Shown piece by piece: positions 22,008 to 33,056 of a stretch of 64,000 bases of DNA. Position 1 is the stretch's first letter, and each line of letters opens with the position of its first letter. Position numbers and translations under genes: made by a program. This DNA comes from Lepidodermella squamata (taxonomy: Eukaryota; Animalia; Gastrotricha): contig JBLDXI010000019.1 of assembly GCA_047495785.1 (NCBI GenBank), forward strand, positions 2,418,001-2,482,000, read 5' to 3'. The notes under the pieces are model-generated. The model was not told the DNA's origin, made no database searches, and saw only the letters and a list, made by a program, of their open reading frames with translations.

Positions 22008-23778
22008 ATGGTTCCAATTTACGGGGGAATTTTCTTTGTACTGCTGATCAAAGCTGTTTGCGGAGATGGTTCCGCTTCAGCAAATATGTCTAACAGCGAG
22101 CTAAACGCTTACTGCGATGATGTGATAGCTAACGGAGTGAACGAAGACGCCGATGCCAAGTTTTCCCAGCCTTTGATTCCAATCACAATCGACATGAAAG
22201 TATGTTGTTATTCAGCTGTGGCGTCTTTGACGAATCTTTTTCGCAGTTCATCCTGATGTCCATCAATGACATTGACGACTTGAATGAAGTTTTCTCGATA
22301 ACTGCTCGAATCGATTTCAGATGGTTTGATCTTTGAAATATTGGCCAATATTTTTTCACCTTCTGATACTAGGTATGACCACCGCTATGCCGTAGCTGAT
22401 ACAAATTGTCATAAAGAGAAAACTATTATGAGCGCCAGTAACATCTGGTTCCCGCCTTTCATTGTGGAGAATGGGGCTAGGTTTGTCGCTTCGTGATTTC
22501 TCATCTACATCGCATCATTGGTAACTTTATTTCAGTGCAATATTGTATCCTGATGCGTGGCAAAGCGTAAATTGAAGAATCACTTTTTTTACCGACTTTT
22601 ACCGAAGATTGTCTTTTACCAGTTCCCAGTTATGGTCCGTTCAGATGGGTTCGTTGATTGGTAATTTTACGCGAGTCCCAGAATTTTGCTGTTTAACTTT
22701 GAACGTTATTTCTATCAGGAGAGTGGCTTTCAAATTTGAACTAGCATGTGACATGAACTTCTTGCTATTCCCATTCGTAAGATCCGGAATTGATCAAAAC
22801 ATAGTTTGAGCTGAATTTGTGTTAATTTTAGGATACGCAGCATTGCAGCATGGATCTTGCAGCCCCGCTCTTTCAACCTGATGAGTTGAATTACACCATA
22901 AATGACCTCAAGCGAGGAGTTGTAGCTTTCGACGGAGATGCAAGCCATCCTATGTGGTGAGTGATTCGGCAATTTCCATTAAATGTATCAAGACAAATCC
23001 CTTCCTCCGAATAGGGAGGTCGCAGGGCAAGCTGTCAAATTCTCAGACGGAATTCCGGGCATCGAACTTTGGATTAAGCTGAAGAGTATTATTCGGACAT
23101 TAGATTGAAAATATCTTAAAAAAAACTTCAATAGGAAAGTACATGTACTATATCTGGACGATTGCTATCCCGTTGAGTAAGATTCACTTAAACCAAGGAG
23201 ATCAATTTCTGAAATTTATTTGTTCCCGTCTTCAGTCGCTGTAATTGTCCTAACAGCGGCAACGTTCATCGTACCTGCAGAAGGCGAGGAGAAAATGAGC
23301 ACTATCATCACTGCACTCGTTTCTTTCTTTCTCCTGTACCTTTTGTACCTCACGATGCTACCTGCTACCTCGGATGAAATGCCGCTGCTTCTCCTCTTCT
23401 TCTCCGTTAATATCGGTTTGTTCCTTATTGCGGCAGTTCCTTCAGCTCTTTTTTCGTGTTTATCACCTAGCTTTGTCTACTGTAATGATGGTCGTATGCG
23501 CTATAATCATGCGTGTTCTCGAAAAGGAACTGGACGAGAAGGAAAAGGAGGAAGAAGCGGAGAAAAACGAATTATTCACCGCATCCAAAGAGAAAGAATC
23601 CGAAAAGAAGAAGTTCAAAGTCACTGCTTCGATGATGAACGAAGCTGCTCTTGTTTTTTACACAGCTGCTATTCTAATCACCAGCGTTGCCTTCGTCGCT
23701 TACATGGCCAACATTTACAATTCAGCCATTACAGAACTCAACTACACGCCGATTCAAGCCTACATTCACGGTGAATGA
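22008..23778 (+). CDS. Cys-loop channel subunit 3, multi-exon
   Basis: Close paralog of subunit 2; Cys-loop CDMNFLLFPFDTQHC; same C-terminus ELNYTPIQ..HGE. Confidence 0.88.
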
Positions 23779-24362
23779 CGCGAGACGGAGAGCAACCACG
23801 TGTTCAGTGCGAAATGATGGACCAATAGCTAAAAACTTGTATTGATCATCGTTTATTACGGGAGAACAGGTCATTATGTAAAAAGTCAAATGACTCAAAA
23901 AAACTCTGACAAGAACTAATCACTTAGCAATAAATAACCCCACATCGCAATGTGAGAATGTGTTTTATTTTTTAAATCAAGCATCGTTTCAGGCAAAAAT
24001 AGCCAAATCCCTAATAACCAGTTATTTTCCGTAATTTCTGCGGTAGAACAGGCGCTCTTGCACCAGTTTTTTCCGTTGCTCCTATTTTTGTTTATTCGAG
24101 TGGTGAATACCTACAACACTTAGCAACACGTTTTTGACGTTCCTGTCAGTAAGAAAGCCGTCGTAAGAATATATAAGCTTCCGCCCAAACAGTTTTGCTG
24201 CAAGCTCTCGTGAATTATTTAGCTGCTTCGGTACTAAGTTAGCTTTCCAGCACGGTAGTAATAAATTTTTTAACTGTTTTCAACCGCTGTGTCTTGGGGA
24301 GCTGGGTGAACAAAAAATTGCAGACTGGTTCCCCCATTTTTCAACTCAAGCTTCAACAAACA

Positions 24363-26206
24363 ATGGTTCGCCTGTTCAAAGCCGATATGCTGATGACGAT
24401 CGCGTTGATGTGGTTTCTTGTTGGGGCGTATTCTCACGCCGCATCAGATGATGGAAATTTCGGCAAATTTTCCTTCAAATTGAGCCCTGGCTTCACGATG
24501 GAGAACGATGACACTGACGTTCCGAGCGATGAAGTCATGACTGTTGTCGGCAACACTCAAAATCTTACATCAGAAGCAGGTCGCTGCGACGACATCATTT
24601 ACCTGCAATTTCAGCAAAACCAAAATGCTAGTAACAGCGCTCCTTCGTCCCCAACCTATGTCGACGCAAAACTAATAGTAATCAGCTTGAATGGAATATC
24701 AGACGGTTAGTTGAACTGCCTATGAAACTTAACATTCGGCAGGATTGAATTTTCTTGTAGTAAGCGGAGTTGTGTCCCTAACTTGTGAACTCGAGCTCAG
24801 ATGGTACGATCAAAGACTTGCCACACCCCCGGAGTTAGGCTGCTTGGATGAATCACTGAAAGTTGGAACACAAAGCGTTTGGGTAATTTAAGAGAGTTTT
24901 TTATTCAAAAGTTTGTGAACACTCTTTCATATGCTCAGTTTCCTTATTTTCTAATTCAAAATGACGCTTCGGTAAGTGCATCTTTGATCACAGGTTTCGG
25001 AACTGCTAAATTATATATTTTTGCTTTAAACAGAATATCTTCTTACCTGGTAAGTTGACTTCACAAGCAATGGCTGTTTGAAGGAACATCTCGTTATTTG
25101 TCGCAAGATTCATTTCAAAATTTCCCGACTCTGATTGGCGGAGATGGGCTCATGATATGGAAAACTGCCTTCCTGTTTTCCTTGAACTGCGACCTCGACG
25201 TCTCAGTGTTCCCATTCGACACGCAAATCTGCCCATTGATCATTGAATCGCCACATTACGACACAGATGAGTTGGCCTATCAAACGTGGAACAAATCTAG
25301 GGCCGCCGTTCTTCTGAATAAAGACGCTCAGCACCCACTATGGCTGCTTGATGGCCAGGCCGTGTTCATTTCTAGCGAAGTTCCGGGTCTTACGATTTAC
25401 CTTCGATTTCGGCGGAAGTACCAATACTATGTTTACACTATAGTCCTACCAATGAGTAAGGATCCTTATGGCACAATTATATGAGCATTCATTTTTATGT
25501 TTCTCAGTTGCTGTATTCCTTCAAACTACTGGTAAGGTATTTTCTGTATTTATTAACTACTGTATCTATTTTTTCTAAAAGCAACATTCGTGCAACCACC
25601 GGACGCGGAAGAAAAGCTCTCCGTGGGCGTAGCTGGCCTGCTGTCCTATTTCTTCCTATTCTTGCTGATAGCCACAACAATGCCGCAAACTAGTACAAAA
25701 CTGCCGTATCTCCTCGTTCTATTCGCAGTTCATATCAGTAATTTTGCCTTGGTTTTTTCCATTGATTTCTATTCGTTATTTTTTCAGTGATTACCATTGG
25801 TGTTGTAATTGTATGCGCGATTATGGGCCGTCTTGTCTGCTTGGAAGAGGCCGATATGGAGTTGGCTGAAGCAGCGTCAAAAATCGCAAAAGCATCCGCA
25901 AAATCGAACCGTCGCAGCGCAGTGACTTCAAGCCGGTTGTTGAAAATAACTCAGTCCGCTGCAGGCAGAATGCGTTCGAAGTCAGCGGTGAAACTTGTGG
26001 AGTCAACAGCAAATGCGCTGCATAAACGACGGATATCGTCAAAGAAACTGAATGATATTTCTCTCATTGTCTATGTTGTGTTAGCTGTCGATTCAATGCT
26101 GGTCTACGTCATTGCGGTGGCTGTTGGGTCTAATCAACCGTCGGCTAATTTTGCGAATGGTGTTCGAATAACTTCGCCGGTTGAAGAATTTCAATATACT
26201 GAGTGA
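24363..26206 (+). CDS. Cys-loop channel subunit 4 (second subfamily, N-terminal extension), multi-exon
   Basis: Cys-loop CDLDVSVFPFDTQIC; M2 DAEEKLSVGVAGLLS; M4 present; 16-nt microexon at 25034-25049. Confidence 0.87.
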
Positions 26207-26708
26207 AAGATTCATAAACTCAATTTTTTGTTGGTGTTGCAACAAAAATAAAGGTCTAATTTTTGAATTCCTGCCTAACCCCTTTTCACTTGTGAGCGGT
26301 CAGAAACATGAAGAAGTATCTGGAATGCTGAGCTCTCATTGCAAGCTAAATCCACTTTTGATCAATTCCAGTCGGATTTCTGTTCAAAAGGTAATAGAAT
26401 GCACCTACAGCTGATAACTAAAACCAAATTCAAATTCATCTCCAAGTTCCATCTATAAAATATAAGTAATGACTTTTCGCCCGACCTGGTTTTTTCTTGT
26501 TACTTCTTCTCAGCAAGACTCGCTCTCTCTGCTGTAGAAAGGTTGGTAAATAATTGAACACCCCGTTCGCATTGGTAAAAAAGTCTCCATGCGTTGCCAA
26601 TAAATCATCTGCGATTGAATATTAAATTTTCTGAGGTGGGAGACGTGTTTTGCAAGTCCCCGCCTTGTTTTATACTAGAGCGTTATTTGAATTTTTTTGA
26701 CGAGGGTC

Positions 26709-27518
26709 ATGGTACCCCCTGCACTGAAGAGTTTCCGCTTCGATGAAAAAAGCGGTTCAAAGCTGACAATTGCTGATTTGGCTACTGCGCTGAACCAGTT
26801 TCGTGATATGGTCGTTGAATGCCTGGATGATCTGAGTAAGAAAGTTGAAAATGCTGTTGGACCGGAAGGTTCAGTCAAGGCCGAGTTAAGTGACCAGGAA
26901 CGGTTGTTTACCAATCGAATCGACGATTTGACAAAGAAAGTTGAAGAGCTGGCCCCAAAGAAGTCTTACGCGGAAGCGGTCGGGCAACTACAGAAGCAGG
27001 TCGGGCAGCTGAAAGCCCAAGTGGTGAAAAGTGAGAGCAGGGTCGAGAACGACATGTACGCCGGTGCTGTTGTGTTGAATGGGGTCAAGGAGGGCGAGGG
27101 CGACTCTCTTGTCGGTGCGGTGAAAGCTGCGCTGCCGCGCCTCGAGGGTGTTTTCTTCCGCGCCCGGCGGCTGGGCTACAAGAAAGAAGGAAGGAGCCGA
27201 CCGATTCTGGTCGTGCCTGTGAACGGCGGGGTGACTGGCGACAACTTTGACAAAATGAGAGAAGAATTGCCGGACGGTGTCAGAATGCGCCGTTTCGTAC
27301 CAGCAAACCTAATGGAAGCAGAGAGCGCACTATCGGCCGAGGGAAGAAAGTTGAACCCAGAGAAAAAAGAAGGCGTTTACTTCCAAATCCGCAGTCTGCG
27401 GCTACGGGTGGTCAACGGCGCGCAGGTTACGAGAAAGAGATTCAACCCACAGACGAAGAAGGTCGAGGACAGCGAGGAAGAACCGGGCGTCTTTGACGCC
27501 TACTTCACTCGCGTTTGA
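26709..27518 (+). CDS. LINE ORF1 (coiled coil + RRM-like nucleic-acid chaperone)
   Basis: Heptad-rich N-terminal half; VVLNGVKE...RARRLG...RSRPILV pattern typical of LINE ORF1. Confidence 0.85.
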   Translation: MVPPALKSFRFDEKSGSKLTIADLATALNQFRDMVVECLDDLSKKVENAVGPEGSVKAELSDQERLFTNRIDDLTKKVEELAPKKSYAEAVGQLQKQVGQLKAQVVKSESRVENDMYAGAVVLNGVKEGEGDSLVGAVKAALPRLEGVFFRARRLGYKKEGRSRPILVVPVNGGVTGDNFDKMREELPDGVRMRRFVPANLMEAESALSAEGRKLNPEKKEGVYFQIRSLRLRVVNGAQVTRKRFNPQTKKVEDSEEEPGVFDAYFTRV

Positions 27519-30500
27519 CGATTGACCAACCGGCGGGTATCCTCCTGGAACATGCAAGGTTACCAGGTGGAGAAGGAGGAGGAGATGGAGATCGTTGTGA
27601 CTGCAGGGGAATTTGTATGCTTTATGGAAACATGGGAAACGCTGACGAAGATGCCGGAGTTCGCAGGGTATAAAAAGTTCGGCTGTGATGGCAAGAAAAT
27701 TGGCCATGGTCGATTATCGGGTGGAATGACTGTGTACGTCCAAAATTCGCTATCTGGGCTTTGTAAACTACCGTGGAAAGACGCGTACGGTGTTGTGATG
27801 TCAGCAAAAATCGACGGCAAGGCTGTTCTTTTTGGTTGGTTGTATCGACACGAAGATGACGACTGCTGGGCGGTTTTCAATGCGAAAATGAATGAATTTA
27901 AACAGGACCACGATACTATTCTTATTTTGGGCGACCTGAACAGTAGAATTGGCGTTGACGATGACGTCCCTGACGAGATGAATGAAGATTTGCCTCCGAG
28001 AAGTACCGAAGACACAGTTCGAGATCACGCAAGCGCAGCTGAGTTGATCGATTTCGTGAACTTACATGATTTGATAATCTTGAACGGTCGCGTGTCACCC
28101 GAGAAAAGTGGCCGCGCCACTCGTCCCGCCAGTGGTTCGGTGATTGATTATGCCCTTGTCAATACCGATCGATTTAACAAGATTGTCGACATGAGCGTGG
28201 AAGACCGCCGTGGCTCCGATCACCGAAGTATCTCGGTTAGTGTTGCGCTGAAAGATGTGAAACTGGAAAGGTGGAGGTTAGATAACAAGACGTTCGATCG
28301 AAAGGTGCACGAGGCGTTTAGCTATCAAGAAGTGGAAGGGTCGGCTAATTTATTAGCGCGAGAACTGATGGCAGTGGCTGAAGATTCACGGCGTCCGACT
28401 GAGTGGAAATGGAAAGCAGCAGCAGCGAGCAGGAAGGTTGTCCACACAAACTCACGTGTTATCAGGAGAAGGACCGAAGACGAAGACAAACTGGCTTACC
28501 TGATTCGGAACCCTAGCAAAGTTTGGGAATTGAAGAGAAAGGACCCTCGACCGAAAATGCCGCCGGCTGATGCGTTTCGGAACTACTTACAGCAGCAACT
28601 TTGTCGCGATGGAAACGTGCCCGCTGAAAGGAAACCACCATCGACCGAGAGTTGCGCCACGACGAAAAGAAAAGCATTGGGCGGAGATATCCCGGTCAAG
28701 TTGGTAAAGTTGGATGGTCTCATGAGTTGGAACAGCCCGTTTGTGAGACTGAGCCGTGACTATGCGGAGCCGGTACGACCGCCTGATGGAAAAACGTATC
28801 ACCGCGAAATGTTGTTAGACCACGTGACGGAAGAGGAAGTTAGAGAAGCGCTGACGAACTGCCCCAGGAAGTCGACAGCTGGCTGTGACGGTATTGACTA
28901 CGATGCTATACGAAGGAATGTTGATGAACTTGCCCCTGTTTTATGTCGAATTTTTACCTGTATTCTGAAGGGAGAGCCCTACCCCGAGATTTGGAAGACG
29001 GCCCTGTTGACCATGATTTTCAAGCAAGGCGACGCTAATGAGGTCAGGAACTATCGGCCGATATCGTTACAACCTTGCGTGGCGAAGGTATATGCGAAAA
29101 TCCTCGACAAGCGCCTGCGAAAGTGGTTGAGTGTATTTTCACCATTGAAACAATGTCAGTTCGGATTTCAGGAAGGTGTCTCTACCACTGATGCCGGCAT
29201 GGTTCTGCACACCACAGTGGCGTACTGGCTTGAAAGAAACCCTCGCGTGTATGCAACCTTTGTGGATTTCTCGGCAGCTTTCGACCGGATAGACCGCGAA
29301 CTGTTGTTCAGGAAGCTGGTAAGGAGAGGTGTCCCGCTGCAGTTTGTGGCAATGCTGAGGGACATGTACACCGGGACGAAGGCGGCGGTCGCGGTTGGCG
29401 GCGAAGTCTCGGACCCATTTGAGACCACGACCGGCGTGAAGCAGGGCGATCCTTTGTCGCCACTTCTGTTCTGCGTGTATATCGACGACCTAGAGGACGC
29501 GCTGTTGATTCCGGGGGTGCCTGGACTGCCGCTGGGCATCAAAAGTGTACGAATTCTGTTATTTGCCGATGATGTTGTAATCCTGGCTGCACGCAAATTC
29601 GAAATGGACGGCTACCTCCTGCGACTTGAGAAATACGAGCGAGAGAACCAGCTGGACGTTAACAAAACGAAGACGAAATACATGGTATTTGGTATGGAGC
29701 CTGAATCGGATGAAGTGTTAGTGTTCAATAACGTGCATCTCGAAAGGGTGAGGAAGTTCAAATACCTTGGTATCTGGTTCTCGGAGGACTTATCCTACAA
29801 AGATGCTATCAAGCAATGCCACCTGAAGTTGGTGAGGTTGGCGGGAATCCTTCCGACACTGTTCGACCATTACGACGAGCTGCCGATCGTGAGTCTGAGG
29901 GTGCTGATCCGTGGGGTAGTTTACGCGGCGGGCCTCCACGGCTCAGAAATATTTGGCCTCGACCGACAAAAAGTTGCACCGGCAGTACAGTGGCACGTGG
30001 TGAAGAGGGCGCTCGGCCTACCCGTGTGCACTAGTCACCGTCTTCTGGCGAGAGAAATATGGATGCCGTCTGGCGATCAAGAACGGAAAATGGCAGCAAT
30101 CCGGTTCTACCTGCGGATGATGAAAGCACCGGACGGCAGCATGTTGAACGCGGCTTATTTGACACAGCTGATGATGAAGAAGACGATGAAGAATAAGGTC
30201 GACAGGGCAGTGAAAGAACTGGGCAATCTCGGATTAACGGGTCTCACCCACCCGGCCATCTGCGCACGAAGCGCGAAGAGTATCATGCGGAATAAATACA
30301 GCTGGGCGGCGCGGCAGCAGTGCTTGGGCGACCTCGGCTCAAGACCATGGTCGATTAACCCTGTGTCGAGCAGTGTCTCATATGCCGAAAGCTATATGGC
30401 AGAATTAGGACGCAATTTGGGAGTGCTGCTGTTGCGAATCCGAACGGACTCCGTGTTTGGCAACGCGGTTTACGTCAACCCGAAATGTCGGCAATGCAGC

Positions 30501-30686
30501 AAACAGATCGAAGCGTCTAACTGGCAGTTGCTGTGTCACCTCATGACCGAGTGTGAGAAGACCGAGGCATCGTTAAAGTGTTCGACTGGGAATGTTGACA
30601 GGCTGTTGTTCGCTAGGGCCACCAAGGAGAACGGAAGAGACGTACTTGGAAAAATCGAGAGCTTACTTAACAGTTATCCGAAGTAG
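27519..30686 (+). CDS. LINE ORF2: AP endonuclease + reverse transcriptase + C-terminal CCHC-like motif
   Basis: SWNMQG, ETW, GDLNSR, IDY, SDH (APE); NYRPISL, QFGF, AFD, GVKQGDPLSPLLF, FADD, KYLG (RT); CRQC...HLMTEC. Confidence 0.95.
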   Translation, partial: RLTNRRVSSWNMQGYQVEKEEEMEIVVTAGEFVCFMETWETLTKMPEFAGYKKFGCDGKKIGHGRLSGGMTVYVQNSLSGLCKLPWKDAYGVVMSAKIDGKAVLFGWLYRHEDDDCWAVFNAKMNEFKQDHDTILILGDLNSRIGVDDDVPDEMNEDLPPRSTEDTVRDHASAAELIDFVNLHDLIILNGRVSPEKSGRATRPASGSVIDYALVNTDRFNKIVDMSVEDRRGSDHRSISVSVALKDVKLERWRLDNKTFDRKVHEAFSYQEVEGSANLLARELMAVAEDSRRPTEWKWKAAAASRKVVHTNSRVIRRRTEDEDKLAYLIRNPSKVWELKRKDPRPKMPPADAFRNYLQQQLCRDGNVPAERKPPSTESCATTKRKALGGDIPVKLVKLDGLMSWNSPFVRLSRDYAEPVRPPDGKTYHREMLLDHVTEEEVREALTNCPRKSTAGCDGIDYDAIRRNVDELAPVLCRIFTCILKGEPYPEIWKTALLTMIFKQGDANEVRNYRPISLQPCVAKVYAKILDKRLRKWLSVFSPLKQCQFGFQEGVSTTDAGMVLHTTVAYWLERNPRVYATFVDFSAAFDRIDRELLFRKLVRRGVPLQFVAMLRDMYTGTKAAVAVGGEVSDPFETTTGVKQGDPLSPLLFCVYIDDLEDALLIPGVPGLPLGIKSVRILLFADDVVILAARKFEMDGYLLRLEKYERENQLDVNKTKTKYMVFGMEPESDEVLVFNNVHLERVRKFKYLGIWFSEDLSYKDAIKQCHLKLVRLAGILPTLFDHYDELPIVSLRVLIRGVVYAAGLHGSEIFGLDRQKVAPAVQWHVVKRALGLPVCTSHRLLAREIWMPSGDQERKMAAIRFYLRMMKAPDGSMLNAAYLTQLMMKKTMKNKVDRAVKELGNLGLTGLTHPAICARSAKSIMRNKYSWAARQQCLGDLGSRPWSINPVSSSVSYAESYMAELGRNLGVLLLRIRTDSVFGNAVYVNPKCRQCSKQIEASNWQLLCHLMTECEKTEASLKCSTGNVDRLLFARATKENGRDVLGKIESLLNSYPK

Positions 30687-30974
30687 CAGGTGTTTTAATT
30701 AATGTTGTTTCAAATGAAGAGGCTAAGTGATACCCACCGGTTACGAATTATCTATTGGAATATTAAGGATTTATTCGATTGTTATTAATGTTGATTTTTC
30801 TCTTTTTCTCTATGTTTTTAATCGAAAAAAATTTACCATCCTGGCTGCGATCGACCAATCGAAATAAATCGTATCGTATCGTATCGTATCGTTGCCAATA
30901 AATCATTACGAAAATACCGTTTAGTAGCTGTCTACTTGGATGCTATTGAATAAGCTCCAAAAACTGGGTGAATT

Positions 30975-33056
30975 ATGGGCATTATCCTGTTCGGCATGAA
31001 ATGGAAGCTTGTCTTCGACACATCACTGCTGATATGGTCAATCTTGGCGCTGTTGAGACTTTCCAACGCCGCGTCAGATGACGGAAATTTCGGCAATTTT
31101 TCTTTCAAGCTAACACCCGGTTTTACGCTGGAAAACGACGATACAGATGTGCCGAGTGATGAAGTTACAATCGTGCTGCAAAATTCGGCTAATTTGACAT
31201 CCGAAGCATCGCGATGTGATAAGGTTATTTACCAGCAAGTTCAAGACGGCCTGAATGATTCAAACAGCGCACCTGCCTCGCCGACTTGGGTCGATGCCAA
31301 AATGATAATAATCAGTCTCAACGGAATTTCCGATGGTAAAATTTTGATTCTGACAAACACTTCCTAATTTCTACATGACATTTCCAGTTAGTGGTGTAGT
31401 TTCAATGACATGCGAATTAGCCCTGAGGTGGTACGATCTTAGACTGGCGAGTCCTCCGGAATTAGGATGCCAGGATGAAACTCTCAAAGTTGCGACTCAG
31501 ACTGTATGGGTTAGTAAATCTGACCTGTTAAAATTGCGAATCAATATTTGAGAAATATACTTTAATTTGCCTCTAATTTACTTTTTTCCACATCTAATTC
31601 ATTTTTATCTGCATCTAACACACTTTTTTACGCATCTTTTGAGTTCACACTTAGGCAATAACCCCATTTAAAAATAATTTTACGCCAATAGATTGGCAAT
31701 GATGAGATGCAGCTATGGACCACAAGTAATTTACCAATATGTGAAAAATCAAGTAAGAAATCGGGATCAAAAATTAACTTTCGTAGTGACTTTCCAAAGC
31801 ACACGTGAATTGTGCATGGATTAGGAGGTCGTTTCTAAGTAGGGGAGACATAACTTGAGCGACCCTCAACTTTTGGCCCCGATATTAGATTCCATATTCA
31901 CGCAGGATTGATAATGCCGAATAAAGTACCGTTAGATGCAGAAAAAAGATATCGGATGTGAAAAAGAGTAAATTAGATGAAAATTAAAGTATGGTCCGTA
32001 TTTGATTCCTTAATTACAGTTCCCCTACTTTCTCATCCAAAACGACAAAGACGTAATTTTTCTTATTATTTAAAAAAATTATGAATGTGAAAGACATTTT
32101 TCAGAATATTTTCCTACCAGGTAAGTAGTAATATTTTCTTGCATTATGATAATTCTCCTTGCAAGATTCGTTCCAAAATTTCCCGACCCTTGTGCATGGT
32201 GATGGTTTCATGGAATGGAAGACTGCGTTTGAATTCGCTCTCAACTGCGACCTGGACGTCTCTGTGTTCCCGTTTGACACGCAAGTCTGCCCATTCGTCA
32301 TCGAATCGCCCCATTACGAATCAGATGAGTTGGCATATCAGACTTGGAACAAGTCTAGAGCTGCTGTTCTGCTAAATCAAGCTGCTCAACACCCGCTGTG
32401 GCTATTTGAGGGCCGGGCTGTTTCGATTTCTAGCGAAGTTCCTGGACTAACTTATTACTTCAGATTCAAACGGAAATACCTGTACTACATCTATACGATC
32501 GCATTGCCAATGAGTAAGCTTTCCAGCTTTAAAAACTCAAAAGAAAACTAATTTTCCTATTTTCCAATAGTTGCGGTTTTTCTTCAAACTGTTGGTAAGA
32601 AAATTTGTATTTATCCAAACCCTAAAATAATTTTAACATTTCTTTTTGCAGCTACTTTCATTCAGCCAGCAAATGCGGAAGAGAAGCTGTCAGTCGGAGC
32701 CGCCGGCCTACTGTCGTACTTTTTCCTATTCATGCTGATTTCAAGTACAATGCCTCAAACGAGCACAAAAATTCCTTACCTACTCATTTTGTTCGCAGTT
32801 CAAATCAGTAAGAAATTTGCAATTTGGTATTCATGTAAAAATTTTCATTGTCTGAATAGTAATCTCTATCGGAGTTGTGATTGCTTGCGCGTTAATGGGC
32901 CGTCTCGTTTGCCTGGAGGAGGCTGATCGGGAAATTGCTGAAAAATTCGCTAAAATAACATCTGAACGTCCAACAACTCGGAGAAGCGCAGTCTCAGCTA
33001 GTCGTCTGCTGAAAGTTACGCAATCAGCCGCCGGGCGAAGCCCGGGACAATGTTAG
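30975..33056 (+). pseudogene. Cys-loop channel subunit 5 (paralog of subunit 4), truncated in the M3-M4 loop; M4 missing
   Basis: Exons colinear with subunit 4 up to RLLKVTQSAAGR (~33038), then SPGQC-stop in unrelated sequence; no M4-coding sequence found downstream. Confidence 0.8.
31560..31989. mobile_element. 430-bp TA-flanked MITE in an intron of subunit 5
   Basis: About 60-bp imperfect TIRs (CTTTAATTT...CTGCATCTAAC / GTTAGATGCAG...AAATTAAAG), TA on both sides; the matching intron of subunit 4 is only about 55 bp. Confidence 0.75.

Larger units (their letters stand above)
26609..30890 (+). mobile_element. Full-length, apparently intact non-LTR retrotransposon (LINE; RTEX-like architecture, clade tentative)
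   Basis: 16-17-bp TSD (c)GTTGCCAATAAATCAT at 26592-26608 and 30890-30906; 3' AATAAA followed by a (GTATC)4 tail; two uninterrupted ORFs. Confidence 0.93.

Noticed and set aside
27402-30034. Minus-strand and alternate-frame ORFs within the LINE
   Set aside because: Shadows of ORF1/ORF2 with no independent motifs
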